Source: the human T2T-CHM13v2.0 reference genome, Homo sapiens
Strand: one strand, 5' to 3'
Assembly: GCF_009914755.1 (NCBI RefSeq)
Contig: NC_060935.1
Length of the DNA stretch: 64,000 nt
Positions 27,217 through 42,747 of this stretch are shown piece after piece. Positions within the stretch are counted from its first letter, which is position 1. Every line of letters starts with the position of its first letter. The notes below the pieces were generated by a model, which was not told the DNA's origin, ran no database searches, and was given only the letters and a program-made list of their open reading frames with translations. The position numbers and the translations under genes were made by a program.

Positions 27217-27382
27217 CAGTGGTCCTCAAGGTGCGTCCTGGGACTGGCATCATCAGGGAGCTTGTTTTAAATGCACATTCTCAGTTACCCCTCCAGATTT
27301 ACTGAATCAGAAGCTCTGGCCATGAAGCTGAGCAATCTGTGTTTTAATAAATCTCCAATGTGATTCTGATGTAAGCTCAATT
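27217..27382. mobile_element. MER5A MITE, 3' end cut by an Alu fragment
   Basis: 'cagtggtcctcaaggtg...gggagcttgttttaaatgcacattctcag...actgaatcagaagctctg...gtgattctgatg'. Confidence 0.8.
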
Positions 27383-27387
27383 TTTTA

Positions 27388-27615
<228 letters not shown>

Positions 27616-28599
27616 TCAGAATCTACGGTAACTGAGTGCATGTGTGTCTGGGGGTGAATGTGAGGAAAATATCTATATTTTTCTGAAAAAAACACTCCAG
27701 GTCATATTGCTGGGCAGCTAGGTTTAAGAAGCATTATTCTTGAATGTCCCTCAGAGTCATCCAGGTTGAAATCAATCATTGCAAAATGTTCCATTTATAG
27801 CCAGCTGTCCAGTGAGCATTTTGATTAACTGAGAGAACTTCATTTTTTTCCTCCCTCCCCCACTGCTTACATCCCCAACCAACTGGGTCATTCTGGACTT
27901 CAGATAACACTTGCCATTAACAGAATGTCATTGAGCTGAATTTCATTATGTCCTGACACATTTGCCCTGCAAGTCTGTGATGTTCTGTGGCTCATCTTTA
28001 TGCTAAATTAGTGCTCATTCACCTGAGCTATTGATAGCTTGACGTTTTGCATTATCTTTTTCCTTTACCATCTTGAATAACCCCCCTCCTATATGTACCT
28101 GAGCTCCATGGGTTTGCAGGTAAGGTCACATTATACTTAGGATAGTTCGCTTACAAGGCATCCAGTTGTGGCACATCATAATGAAGGCAGAGACAACATC
28201 AGAAAGATAAAGATTAAAAAGTTTGATAATACTCAGTGTTGGTAAGGTTATAGGGAAACTGGCATTCTTATGTACCACCAGAAGTCTAAATTGGCACAGC
28301 TTATTTGGAGGGCAACTGGCTGATATCAATCCAATTTTTTTTTTATATCACATACTATTTGGTTCAGCAATGTTATTTCTGGGAGTTTGTCCTGCAGAAG
28401 TACTTATATAATGCACAACAATGTATGGAGAAGAATGTTCATTGCTGAATTATTGATATTGATAATGGCACAAAACTGGAAGCTGCTATAGTATTTATCA
28501 TTAGCAGAGTGTTTAGAAAGATTGTGGTGTATTTGTGTAATGGAATATGTTAACTAAGAGAAGTAGCTATACAAGTACTGGGGTTGAAAGGCTAGGCCC

Positions 28600-28857
28600 A
28601 GCGTGCCAGAATGCAGCCTCTCCAACAAGGCTGAGTTTTTTATGGCAGCTCAACGCTCCCAGAGAGACTGTTGGGTGAACAAGGTATATGCTTCATGGTC
28701 TTTTATGACTTAGATTTGGAAGACACAACATCACTTCTACACTACTCCATGGGTTGAAGCAGTGTAAGCCTACTTAGATTCAAGGGGAGGGAAATAAACT
28801 CTGCATTTCAGAGGCAGAAGTGTCAAGAATTTGTGTCCATGTTTTATACCTGTGACA
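28600..28857 (-). mobile_element. MaLR LTR fragment (MLT1G/H-like) within an old L1M
   Basis: 'cttttatgacttagatttggaag...catcacttct...cagattcaaggggaggg...caagaatttgtgtccatg'-like segments. Confidence 0.65.
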
Positions 28858-29514
28858 CAGTCCTTACCTCTGGGGAGTAGGAGGTGGAGAAAGAAGATTT
28901 TTCTTTTCATTTTATACCTTTCTATATTATTTGATTTATTTAAAAATTGTCTGCATTGGTTTCAAGATTACAAGAGAGATAAAATAAGGAGAAAATAACT
29001 GGAGGAAAACAGAGGCCAGGGGTAGATCTGCAAGTGGAAGAACAGGTAGAAACAAGGAAGAAAGGCAGATAGACCTGGCAGGGGGTGGTATAGGAGATAG
29101 ATATGGGATTGATAAATGTGGAGGGTGGTAGCAATTTGGTTTTGTGTTCACGCTGGGAACACATGGAATAGCCTTCTACCACAGCCCCCCATTGTCTATC
29201 TATCCTGCCCTTGGAAATGCTGCTCATCCTTTAAGAAATAACTTGAATGCCATCTCCTCCGTGCAATCTGCTCAGTCATAGCCTGAGCAGTCCCACCCTA
29301 CTCTGTATTTTCATTGCATTTGTGTGAGTAGACCTGCACAGAGCTTATGCCAGCTTGGCTCTTTCAGTTATCTGAGTGTTCTTCTCTCCCTCTCCAGAAA
29401 CTTTCCTCAATGGCTTACATAATGTTTTGTCAAGTTCCTACATTTTCACAGTGCCTAGCACTATGTCTTACAGTGGGCAGTGGTATTTTGTAAAATATTT
29501 TTAAATTAAAAATT

Positions 29515-29745
29515 TCTTATTTAACAAACATTTATACAGTATTTAGTACCTGCTGGGTAATGTCCTCAAATATTGGCTCAATTGCTCTCTCATAACAACC
29601 CCCTATAAGACAGGTACTATCATAGCCCTATTTTACAGAGGACAAAATTCATGCATAGAGAGGTCGAGAAACAAGGTCATAAACCTAGTAAATGGTAGAG
29701 CTTAGAGTCAATCCCAAATACTTGGCTCTAGTCCACTTAATCACT
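29515..29745 (-). mobile_element. MIR SINE
   Basis: 'ctcataacaaccc...aggtactatcatagccctattttacagaggacaaa'. Confidence 0.8.
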
Positions 29746-31639
29746 GCTCTTTCCTTCATCAGGACATAATGAAGGATATTTCTAAATTTTCACATCTGAG
29801 ACTCAAGAAGAATGTTTCATTATATTTTGTAAAATATACCAGCAACCAATCAGAATTGAAATTCCACGTAGAAACCACTCTCTGGATGGACATGCTGTAA
29901 AATAAGTAGAATGGCATTTGGGCTACTTGATGAGAGCTTTAGTATTTAACTTTCTCTTTCTCTTCATTGACCCCAACCTAGACTAGACAAGGCCTCCCAG
30001 GCAGTGCAGAAAGATCCCAGAACATGATCAATGCCTAAGAAGGTCTACAGAGGGAACGTTAGAGAAATATCGGAAGAAACCACTAAAAGAAGGGAACAGA
30101 GGTTCAGGAAAGGGCTGGGATGTGGGTAGGAAGTAACTTGAAAAAAAATATTCATAGGTATTGTATGAAGCAGTCTTGTGGTTGAAAACTCCAAAATAAA
30201 GAGGTCACACATTTATTTTTACCAACCTACCTTCCCAATGATTGCAGAGATACTACTATACAAAGAAAGAGAAGTAATCAATTTCCATGTTTGTTATCAT
30301 GGCTGGTATTAAAATAGAGCAGGGACCTTGGACAAAGTACTATTTGACAAAGTGTTACAAAGTTGGAAGGAAATAGGGGAGTCAGATAGTTTCATCAGGC
30401 CTATTTCCACTTTATTCAGAAGGGGGTTTAATTTAGAGGTAGGGATTGACGTGAAGGTTAAGTCAAACACAGAAGTGCTTTGTATCAAGTTTTAGTTCCA
30501 CTTTGCTTTGAGGTAGCACAGATAGACAGTGAAAATACAGGAGTGTCGAGTATTAGTCCTCTTGCTTGCTTATTGCTTTTTATCATCTGAACAACTGGTG
30601 CTAATTTCTAACATTCAACATTTATGGACTTCCAGGAACTCATAAATGTCACATCAGGCTGCCTCTTGGTGAATTTTTAATCAACGGGGAGAATTTCAGC
30701 TACAAATAGACCAAGAATCAAGAGGCCCACTATTGATCGGTCAAAGTGGCACTTATGAACCTGAGGTTGAAGCAGTTTGGATAAAAGGATTCTGGGCTTT
30801 CGATGGCCCCAGAGACATCTTTTTCCATCAAGTCCAGGTTAGTATCAGATATCCCCTCCAAGTTATTGAATAGTAGCAAATAATATGAGGTCTCCTAAAA
30901 GCCCATACGAATAGATATAAATTGAGAAGAAAAGCCAAATGTCTGGCTCAAGCCAAATATCATCTCGGCCAGATATCCTCTGGATGTTACACTCCAATCC
31001 CCAAGCAAATGGTCCCATTTTTCCTTCCGTAGGGCAGAATGTCTCCTTGGGTAGTGGGTCAAGGCCCAGATGCCCTGGCTATTCTGTGCCAGACAGGGGC
31101 TGACCTCTAAGTCTGAGCCCTTGAATCGTCCCTGCAGAGATACAGAGCGGTGCTTGTTATGTCAGGGATCACTCAGCCCAGTGAATGATGTCTCTCACTA
31201 ATGCCAAGCCATGAATCATTGGTCTGTGGTACTGTAAAATTAACATGCACCACTATAAATAACCCATCTGTAATGGGCTGTCATTGATGGCTTTTTGGAA
31301 AGGTTTGACTCAGGAGTAAGGGTTTTAATGACTGTAATTGAAATTAGATGAAAAGCATCAGTATTGTGCTTTTATCCTGACCCATGCGAGGACAAATTCC
31401 ATCATATGTCAAAACAATTATGCTGTGTCAAACCTGAGGGACAGGATGCCGTAGCACTTCTCCTCAGCACCTTGGACTGCTGTCTCCTGAGATGTCACCT
31501 GGTGAGTGACACGGCACATGCAAGTCACTCCTCGGTGCTGTTTCTTCACAAAGGGCTCTGCTGTAATGGAGACGGGCATTGCTGGAAAAGCAACCCCACC
31601 CCACCTCCCAGATGAGAGCTATTATCAGCAGGAAGGGCC

Positions 31640-31885
31640 ATTATTATTAATAACAAGGACAGTCCTTTGTATAGAGGAATATGGTTTACAAAGCTCTTTC
31701 ACTTCCATGATCGCATTTAATCTTTACCAAGGTCCCAGAGGTAGGTCAGATGCTACTGCTATTATCATCCTCAGATGTATGAAGGGATGGAGGCCCAGAG
31801 AGCTAGGTGACTTGCCCAAGGTCACACAGCTAGTGAGTAATGAAGTAGGAACCAGGAACCTCTGATCTGAAGCGTTTCTACAACC
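31640..31885 (-). mobile_element. MIR SINE
   Basis: 'gaggcccagagagctaggtgacttgcccaaggtcacacagctagtgagt'. Confidence 0.85.
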
Positions 31886-33439
31886 TAGTGCCCCCTAATG
31901 ATGGCCTGGTGGTTGGTGTTGAATGTCTTTCTCCTCCGGTCCCACCAGCGTGCTTCTGGCTTCTGTAAAACACTGGATCCTAAGTGATTCTGGGAGACCC
32001 TTCTTCTTGATCATTAACAGGAAAATCAAATCAGCTGAGGGAAAAAGTAAACATAGCATATTTTTCACTGACTTGCTCTATGCTAAACAGCTTTTTCTAG
32101 TACAATTTGAGCCATGAGTGGAGGTTTCAAGCAAGTCAGTGAAGAGTTTTTGAAACAGGCTGGAGTGCTTCAGTCCTTTCTTTTCATTTTACTTCTGGTG
32201 TAATAGAGCTCTTCAAGAGTTTCATTTCAGGGGATGCTGAGTATTAGGAGAGGGCTGAACTGTCACAAGGAAAAGTCCCAGGATCAGGGAGCAAGGCCCT
32301 CAGGGACACTCCTTCAAAGCCCAGCCCCCTCCACTTTCCCTAAAATCAGAGGCAGCTCTACTCAGGGGTTTTCCAGCCTCCTGCCTGTGTCACAGGAAGG
32401 CTGGTGCTGAAGTCACTGCCAGGCCCTTCAGCCCTGTGGTGGCTGTTCCTGGCCTTGGTCTCAGGAGACAGACAACCTTAGAAGCAGGAGAAACCATATG
32501 CTTCAGCCATTATCTTCTGAACCTCTGGGCCCCAGACAATTAATCGGAGGAGCTGAGCCCACGTCTGTCTCCAGCCCTAACATCTCCCCAACACAGCCTG
32601 TGCCACACCGGTGGAGGTTTGCAAATGAACACGCAGCATACCTTTGTTCATACAGCATGTCACCATTCCCCACCTGGAGACAGCTCTGTAATCCTCCTGT
32701 GCAAAAACAACAAGTCCCATGTAGGATTGCGTGCATGGTCTAATTACACGTAACAAAACATCTCGTCTCAGGAGACAAGGAGTGCTTGGTAGTAAATTAA
32801 GAGATGCAAAAGCCACTGCGAGCCATGCTGATTAATCCAGCTCTCTAGCAATGGGGAAGGATCCTTGAGAAATGGGTTTGCAGTTGGATGATAATTATAT
32901 GCCCACTATGGGGGCTTTTCATGTACACTAGCTTTTGTGTGAAGGGGAGGGAATGTGACTGTGATGGAGACTGCAGAGCTGATTCATTCAGTGCTGTGTT
33001 GACAGAATGGAAATTGCTCCAGAAAACACTGATACTTATTAAATGGGTAAAACACCAGGGAGCCCACCTGCACTGGCTCGAGATGCCTCACACTCCCGTT
33101 TCAGATGGGAGTGCATCTGTGCACACTGAAACCTTTATCCAACTTTGCCCATAAGAATTGTGGATTTATTTGTCTTGCCTTACCCCTTTCAGCACCAAGC
33201 TCACAGAGCCACTCTGAGCTCCAGTCCACGGGGACCTCATTGATTAAAGGGAAGACAGAACAAACACTTTAGAAAAACAGAGAAAAACATGCTTACAACT
33301 AACGAAAACTATAAAAATAGATGGTGTGTGTCAGGTAGGGGCTGGGGGGAGGGGTACATGCATGGGCACATGCATAATGCTTTCTGGTTAATACCCAGTC
33401 CTAAGCTTTTAAACAAGATGTGTATTTGTAATTTTGGCT

Positions 33440-33680
33440 TTGCCACTTCCTAGCAGCCATCTGACTCTCTGGGCTTTAGCTTTCTAATCTGCAATATGGG
33501 ATTAGCAATTATTTCTGCCCTTCCTACCTTGGGGGTTGTTGTGGAGATCAAGTAGGAAAAGTGATGTGAAAATGCCTTCCAAATGGAAAGCACTGTACAA
33601 ATGTCACTTTCCCTGATATTAGCACAATGTCTAGCACATAGCAAGTGTCTAATAAATATGCTAGTTGATGGATTGATAGA
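33440..33680 (+). mobile_element. MIR SINE followed by L2 tail
   Basis: 'tttctaatctgcaatatgggattagcaat...gggttgttgtggagatcaa' then 'agcacaatgtctagcacatagcaagtgtctaataaatat'. Confidence 0.7.
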
Positions 33681-34011
33681 CAGATGCTAAGGGGTGAGAA
33701 TGGAGTTATTTGAAACATTTGGAAAATTCGAGGGATATTTACTATAAATCATGGATTTTTAGCAGAATTTTTAAATGGGAAGGAGGGGTGGAGCCTTGCT
33801 AGGAAGAGCAGAGAAATACTCCTGACTGTAGAGATGAGAAGATCTAAGTGAGAAGAGCATATTTCATTGGCTAGAATCTGAGTAGAGAAGAAGTTGGAGG
33901 AAATTAGGTAAAGGGTGGAGAAAAGGATAATTAATGGAAGGCTGAGAGATCAGAGGGTAGATGCTGGGGTAGAGCCTGCCCTTGAGAAAACAGCTGATTG
34001 CATGGAGATCT

Positions 34012-34245
34012 ATGCAAAGATGGGCATCTATGCAAAAAATATGGGCATCCATGCAAAAAGATGAGCATACATGCGAAGGTGGGCATCCATGCTAAAAGAT
34101 GGGTATCCATGCAAAGATGAGCACCCATGCAACAAGATGGGCATCCATGAAAAAAGATGGGTATCCATGCAAAGATGGGTATCCAGGCAAAGATAGACAT
34201 CCAGGCAAATGTAGGCATCCATGCAAAGATGGGCATCCATGCAAG
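34012..34245 (+). repeat. Minisatellite, about 12.5 copies of an 18-21 bp unit (consensus ATGCAAAGATGGGCATCC)
   Basis: Twelve full units plus a partial counted directly; it produces the repetitive ORFs (MGIHAK/WMPIFA) in the track. Confidence 0.95.
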
Positions 34246-35309
34246 GCAAGAGAAAGGCAGGTTGGAGTTGGGGAACAGAATAGACAGAATGAAGACATGT
34301 AAAGCTCAGGGACAGAATCTTGAATTCTATTGCTTCCAAAACCTTTTGTGGTGGTGACAATTGGGGATTGGTAGATAGGGGATTGGATGGGAATAGACAG
34401 GATGGTCAAGAAACTTGATCTCTGACATTGCCCAATAAAGTGCTTATTGGAGGGTCCCATCCCAGTAAATCATTCCAGTATCTTAGGGAATGAAGTAGTT
34501 CAAGGATCTTAGTCTACAGCAATAAAATCCCCAAGGAGCTGAAAACAGCCTGTGAACTTTCCAGGGGAGGTGCATCCCCCACACCCCATAACCCCTGCTT
34601 TTAATGCATACTTTTCTACAGAGTCTGTAATTCATAAGGATAAGAGAGAAAATACATTTTCACTACAATAGAGAGAACTTCTGTGAGAATGGAACCGTGT
34701 TTTGAATGTTTTAATATATAGAAATTGACACCCGTCTGCTTCCTGTTGAAAAACCCTCTCTCTGGAATAGCATAACAATGCTTTCTCCTCTATATTTTCC
34801 TTGCATGCTGCCACGAACTGCTGTTGTGAAGCAAATCCTTCTGTTGCAATCTTTTATTTTTACCTCCCCCTACCACTTTGTAAATCTCTTTCTTTCTCTA
34901 AAATATTAAAGTGTGGCAAAAGCTGCTAAGTGACTAAGAAATGGACCCTTCTGAGTCAACAGATCTGCCCCCCTATATATCTTTGAGTCATAGCTGCTAA
35001 CATTTCTTGACACAATCCGGTTTTTCTTTTGATTTTTTTTTTTCTCTCCTGGTAGCAAGGCTTACAAAAATTTCAAAGTGTTTGGGGATGGGAGGTTTCA
35101 GGCCACCCTTACCATCATCAAGAGCTCCTGACAAGTAGCACAAGAATATGAAATAATATGTTAATTTCTTGGCGCAGCTCAGATACCCCTTTCCTCCTAC
35201 TGACAAATCATTTTGGGGGGCTATAAACGCTGCTCTTAGTGTGCCTCCAAGAGTTCCAAATAGCCATTTCCATGTGGTGACCACCCACTCCCTGCATGTT
35301 CACATCATG

Positions 35310-35510
35310 GTACAGAGAAGACAGTGGAAATTCAAATCTGCATCCTATACTTACTAGCTAAGATCTTTGAACAAGTCACTTTACCTCTCTGAACCTCAAT
35401 TCTTCATCTGTGAGATGGAATACAAATATAGAAACAGGAGGACCGTTGTGAGATAAAGTGTGATAATGTGTGTGTGCTTAATACCCAAGGGTCTCTCATT
35501 AGGTATGAAT
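35310..35510 (+). mobile_element. MIR SINE
   Basis: 'ttgaacaagtcactttacctctctgaacctcaattcttcatctgtgagatgg'. Confidence 0.8.
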
Positions 35511-35964
35511 TCATTCATTTTTCTCCTTTTTCATTTAAAGGCTCTCTCTCTCTCTCATTTTCTCTCTCTCTCCAAAGGCATATATCATCTTTGGATGGAT
35601 GCATAAGAAATTGACAACAGTGGTTGCTTCTAGAAAGGCTGTAATCTGATATAGAAAGATGATTTTACCTTTCACTGTACAACTTTCATACTATTTGAAA
35701 TCTTTGCCGTGATCATGTATTGCTTAAAAATATTAAGCAATGTATGTACATTTAGAAATTCTAAGTTCCAAACTCTTGGTCCTTTTTTATCGGTATCCTC
35801 TCTTCCTTTCAGTTTGGATGTTTCATATTGAACAGGCACAGAAAGAAAATCCCGCATGTGTTGGTTTCTGTTTTGACATGCCAAATATTCACTGTAGGAC
35901 TTACCTTGTAGTGTAGAAGGCCTCCAAATTTAAGAAGTACTGGGAAATAGATGGACTTTAAGTA

Positions 35965-37950
<1,986 letters not shown>

Positions 37951-38029
37951 ACTCAGATGTGTCCATTGAAATGGCCTAGAAGCAACAAACTCCAGTGGCA
38001 ATCAGTTCACTTAACACTCACACTTGGTT

Positions 38030-38480
38030 TCTTGTTTTTAATTGGCTTAAAACAACAATAAATATGTATTACCCTCATAGTCTATGTGTATCAAACATTT
38101 GGGAGTGGCATAGACGGACAGTTCTGGCCCAGGATCTTTTGCGATGTCATCTGAAGGCTGACCTGGAGCTGGCTGGATCTACTTCCAAGATGGCTCATCC
38201 CATGGCTGGCAAGATGATGCAGGTTGCTGCGCAGAGGCCAGTGTCTGCCCACATGCCCTTCTCCACAGGCTGCTTGAGTGCCCTCACAGCATGGCGGCTG
38301 GCATCCCCCAACTGAGTGAGCAATCCAAGAGAGGCTAAGGCTGACACTGGGATGTCTTTTATGACCTAGCCTCAGCAGTCCCACACTGTCACTTTCACAG
38401 TATTCTGTTGATCACACAGAACAGCCATGATTCAGCGAGACAGGACTACATGAGGGTATGAACAGCAGGCAGCAAGGATC
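38030..38480 (-). mobile_element. MaLR LTR (MLT1F/G-like)
   Basis: 'ggcttaaaacaaca...ggatctacttccaagatggctcatcccatggctggcaag...ttttatgacctagcctcag'. Confidence 0.75.
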
Positions 38481-39099
38481 GTTTAAGCTGAGAGCTAAAG
38501 GCTGAGTAAAGCAGCTAGTCGAGTGAAGAGAGTGAAAGAAGTACACTTCTTATAAGTTGTGGGACAGAACTTAGAAATAAGTTTATATGACTAGGGCGTA
38601 AAGATGAGGCCTGATGCATGGCAGTTCTTGCAAGTTTTGTTAAGAAGCTTAGTTTTTATAATAAAGCCAATAAAGCATCAAAGTGTTTATATTTTAGTAA
38701 GATCACTCCGGCTATTACATGGAGGGTGGACTGAAGGAACAAGGACAGGGAACAGGAATGGCAGTAAAGAAACCAGGAGACTATTGAGATGATCCTGACA
38801 AGAAATGGCAACTTGGACTACGGCAGTGGCAATAGAGGTGAGAAAACTGGGCAAGTGCTGAGAGACTTAGGAGACAAACATACATGACCCAATGTTTGGA
38901 TATATGGATCACACATTAGAGAGGAATCAAGGCTGGCTCTGAGGTTTTTGACTTGTGCTTATGAAAGGAACAGCAGGTTTGGGGATTAAAAAAAGTGTAT
39001 TTAGCATGTTGAGTTTGTAGTGCTTACACACATGGAAATGTCCAGTAAGCAGTGGGCATATGGGACCTGGGATCAGGACATATGCCTGGACATCAGAAC

Positions 39100-40465
39100 T
39101 TATGGTTACCAGAATACCCAGATCTTAGTTCCTAAATACCATTCCCTGCTAAAAGAAACCAACACTTCTTGGAGACAGGGCTAATTACAGTTCTGCAGCC
39201 TGGAACATCTTCTTGTCCCAGAAAGCAAAGGAGAGCTGAAAGACAGATGGAGGCTTATCAAAAAAAGTCATGAGCTGGCTTGAAGGAGTCCTCGCTAGTT
39301 AAACTTGAGACAATGTGAGCATCAAAAAGAATAATGATGGTAATGGAGTATAACATAATAAACATAGAGTCCAACGGGATACTAAAAAATTAAAATTAAA
39401 GTTAGCATTTTAAAAAGTGGTACAATCCAAGTAAGATCTGTAGTCTAGTTCATCACTTTGTGCCAGAGTCAATTTCCTGGTTTTGATAACATAATATGGA
39501 AGGTGTTATTATCACTGGGGGAAGATAAGTTTGGGGTACGCTGGATCTCTCTGTAATATTTTTGCAACTTCTTGTGGGCTTAGTATTATTTCAAGATAAA
39601 AAGTTAACAAAAAAAAGTATATGTGTATGTGTATTGGTGGTATTCTTCATGGAAAAATTTCAGCCTTTACTTGTAGAAGTGATAGAATTAGAAGAGGTAG
39701 CATTTGCAGCAACCAATGGAATAATTGATTCAGACAAAGGTCATTAATGCATGAGTGAATGCTATTAGAGAATGGGATAGTCCCATCGTCTCACTCCCTG
39801 GATTATTCATTACCTACAGAGGGTAATGGAGCATCTATGGTGGAGAAATCTGGCTAACATCACCTTAACCAAGTAACAGAAGGAAATGACTGCCTCACTA
39901 GTTCCTGCTCCTGAACTTTTGACACCCATGTAGGATTGTTGTCAATATTGACACAAAATGGCATTGTGAACTTCCTGATGTGCTGGGATGAAAAATATGC
40001 AACACCACCTAGGTAGTATTTATGCCAAACATGTCTAATCTGAATTCAATAATGAAGAAACAAATGTAGAAATTTAGATTAGAGGACATTCTACCAGACA
40101 ACTAGCCTGAACTCCAAAACTATCAGCCTTGAAAGATAAAATAAAGTGAAATAAAAAAATAAGTAACAGACCATTCTAGATTAAATAGACTAAGGAGACT
40201 AAAGACAATGACATGCAATAGATGATTTTTTTTACTGGATTCTGGATCAGAAAAAGAGTTATAAAGAACATTATTAAGACAATTAGAAAAATGTATATAT
40301 AGACAGTATTTGAGGTAATACTATTGTAATAATATCTTGGGAAGTAAATATCTTGGTAATGCAAAAAACATCATGCTTGTGTAGGATAATACCCTAGTTC
40401 TTAGAAAATTTAAGATATCTGTAACTAATTTTCAAATGGTTTAGCAAAAATATTCAATTGAGGGA

Positions 40466-40502
<37 letters not shown>

Positions 40503-40602
40503 ATCAAAACGTTAGCAATGAAGGAGAAAGAAAAATGAGTTTTCACCATATTTTCAACTTTCTGCAGGTTTTAAAATTTTCAAAATAAAAACTTGGGGAA
40601 AA
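39100..40602 (+). mobile_element. L1MC-type 3' fragments
   Basis: 'gtcaatttcctggttttgataa', 'ggagaaatctggctaacatcaccttaaccaagt' and 'ttttcaactttctgcaggttttaaaattttcaaaataaaaacttgggg'. Confidence 0.75.
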
Positions 40603-40791
40603 TATGATAAACTGGCATTAGTTTATAAATTATGTCATTATCCTGCATCTAAATTGGAATTCCTTCCCTTTCAGTTCATCCCTTTCCCCACATCTCAGCA
40701 TCATATAGCAAGAGTTGCATGGGGCCTCATGGCCCAGTGGGGCCCAGGCTCGAACAAATTTGCGGAGAAGTTTTGCAGCCTGCTGCCACCT
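40394..40791 (+). repeat. Local duplication, copy A (about 400 bp; probable donor)
   Basis: Colinear with 42748-43155; the ORF track shows near-identical peptides (LRCGERDELKGKEFQFRC) in both copies. Confidence 0.95.
40467..40497 (+). repeat. (AC)15 microsatellite
   Basis: Perfect dinucleotide run inside the L1 3' UTR. Confidence 0.95.
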
Positions 40792-41016
40792 CTGGGCTCT
40801 GCTGCTGCACAAACAGGGACTATTCGTGGAAGCTGTTTGGCTCATCACTGAACCTAAGTGTCTGGGGAGCTTCAGGGCCTCAGTGGCCTAAGGCTTCATG
40901 AGCCCTTCTGCTTAGAGAGTTAATGCCTGAGACTAAAATCTGGGGTAACGGGACAGATTTCTGCTCAACAGCAAAAGCTGCCCCAGCCTTCCTTATAAAA
41001 TGGAGACTGCAAATAA

Positions 41017-41403
<387 letters not shown>

Positions 41404-41539
41404 TGACCATCTAACCAGACAATAAACCAACCAATAAATGCATCTACTCATTCAACACATATGTGCTGGGTTGCTTGCTTTGTACTGTATATCGGAGCTG
41501 CAAAGATAAGACACAGTCCATTCTACTAAAGAATGGATT

Positions 41540-41840
<301 letters not shown>

Positions 41841-42747
41841 GAGTGGATTGTGTATCTGGGGAACACAGACTACAGATTATTGCCACACAATAATTGGTAA
41901 ATGCATGGTAGCAATTTTCATATTGTAGCACCGAGGTAGTGCACCTAACCTAAATTAGGAGGGGAAGGCATGAGAGAAAACTTCTTGGAGAGAAAGAATA
42001 TTTTCTTTCACTTTTAAAACTATTTCCTTTTGTTCCCAAAGTTAAAAACAGATCAGGAACTAGGGCCCACAGTAGGAGAGGGGTGAAAAGTGGTTTTAAA
42101 AGTTTTATCAGGCTTCTTTCATTTTTTTTCCATCTCTGCAGTTGGGCTAGGGTGATCATCTCATCCTCATTTGCCTGGGACTTGCCTGGTTTTAGCATTG
42201 AAAGTCTTGAGTCCCAGAAAACCCTTAGTTCTGGCCAAACTGGGACCATGGGTCACCCTATGACCCTCCCACCTTACCACAGAAACTTTATGTTAATGAA
42301 GAATCTCATGTGTTGAAAGAATTGAATAACATGCTAGCTCTGAGAATTCTGAAGTGGATGAAGAGAAATGAGAAGGGTAAAAAAGCCAACCTCATTTCTT
42401 CATTTTCCACACAAATCAGATAGTGAGTAAGCGTGGTGCCTGGAGGGCTTGCTTCTCCTGCCCACTGTACCTTGTTGCTGCACTCCCTTTGTCCTGGAAT
42501 GTTCTCCCCTTTTCATAAGTATATTCAAATCTTCCCCATCCAGGCCTAGCTGAAACCTTTCCCAACTGTTCTAGCTGAAAATTATCTCCTCCATCCCCTA
42601 CCCTGTGAAATGTGGGTGCTTATTTTCAGTGTGCTCTTGTGGTACATGGCAACTCCTAGAGTTAGAAAGAGCCATAGAGAACTCGAAAGGAGTTCAGAAA
42701 TTTATGGATTCATGCATGGCTTCATTCATTCTTTCATTTGTTCATAA

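Noticed and set aside
33864-34460. Repetitive ORFs (MGIHAK/WMPIFA) suggesting a repeat protein or CRISPR array
   Set aside because: Explained by the 18-bp minisatellite. The units are adjacent with no unique spacers, frames shift between units, and the context is eukaryotic with no cas genes.
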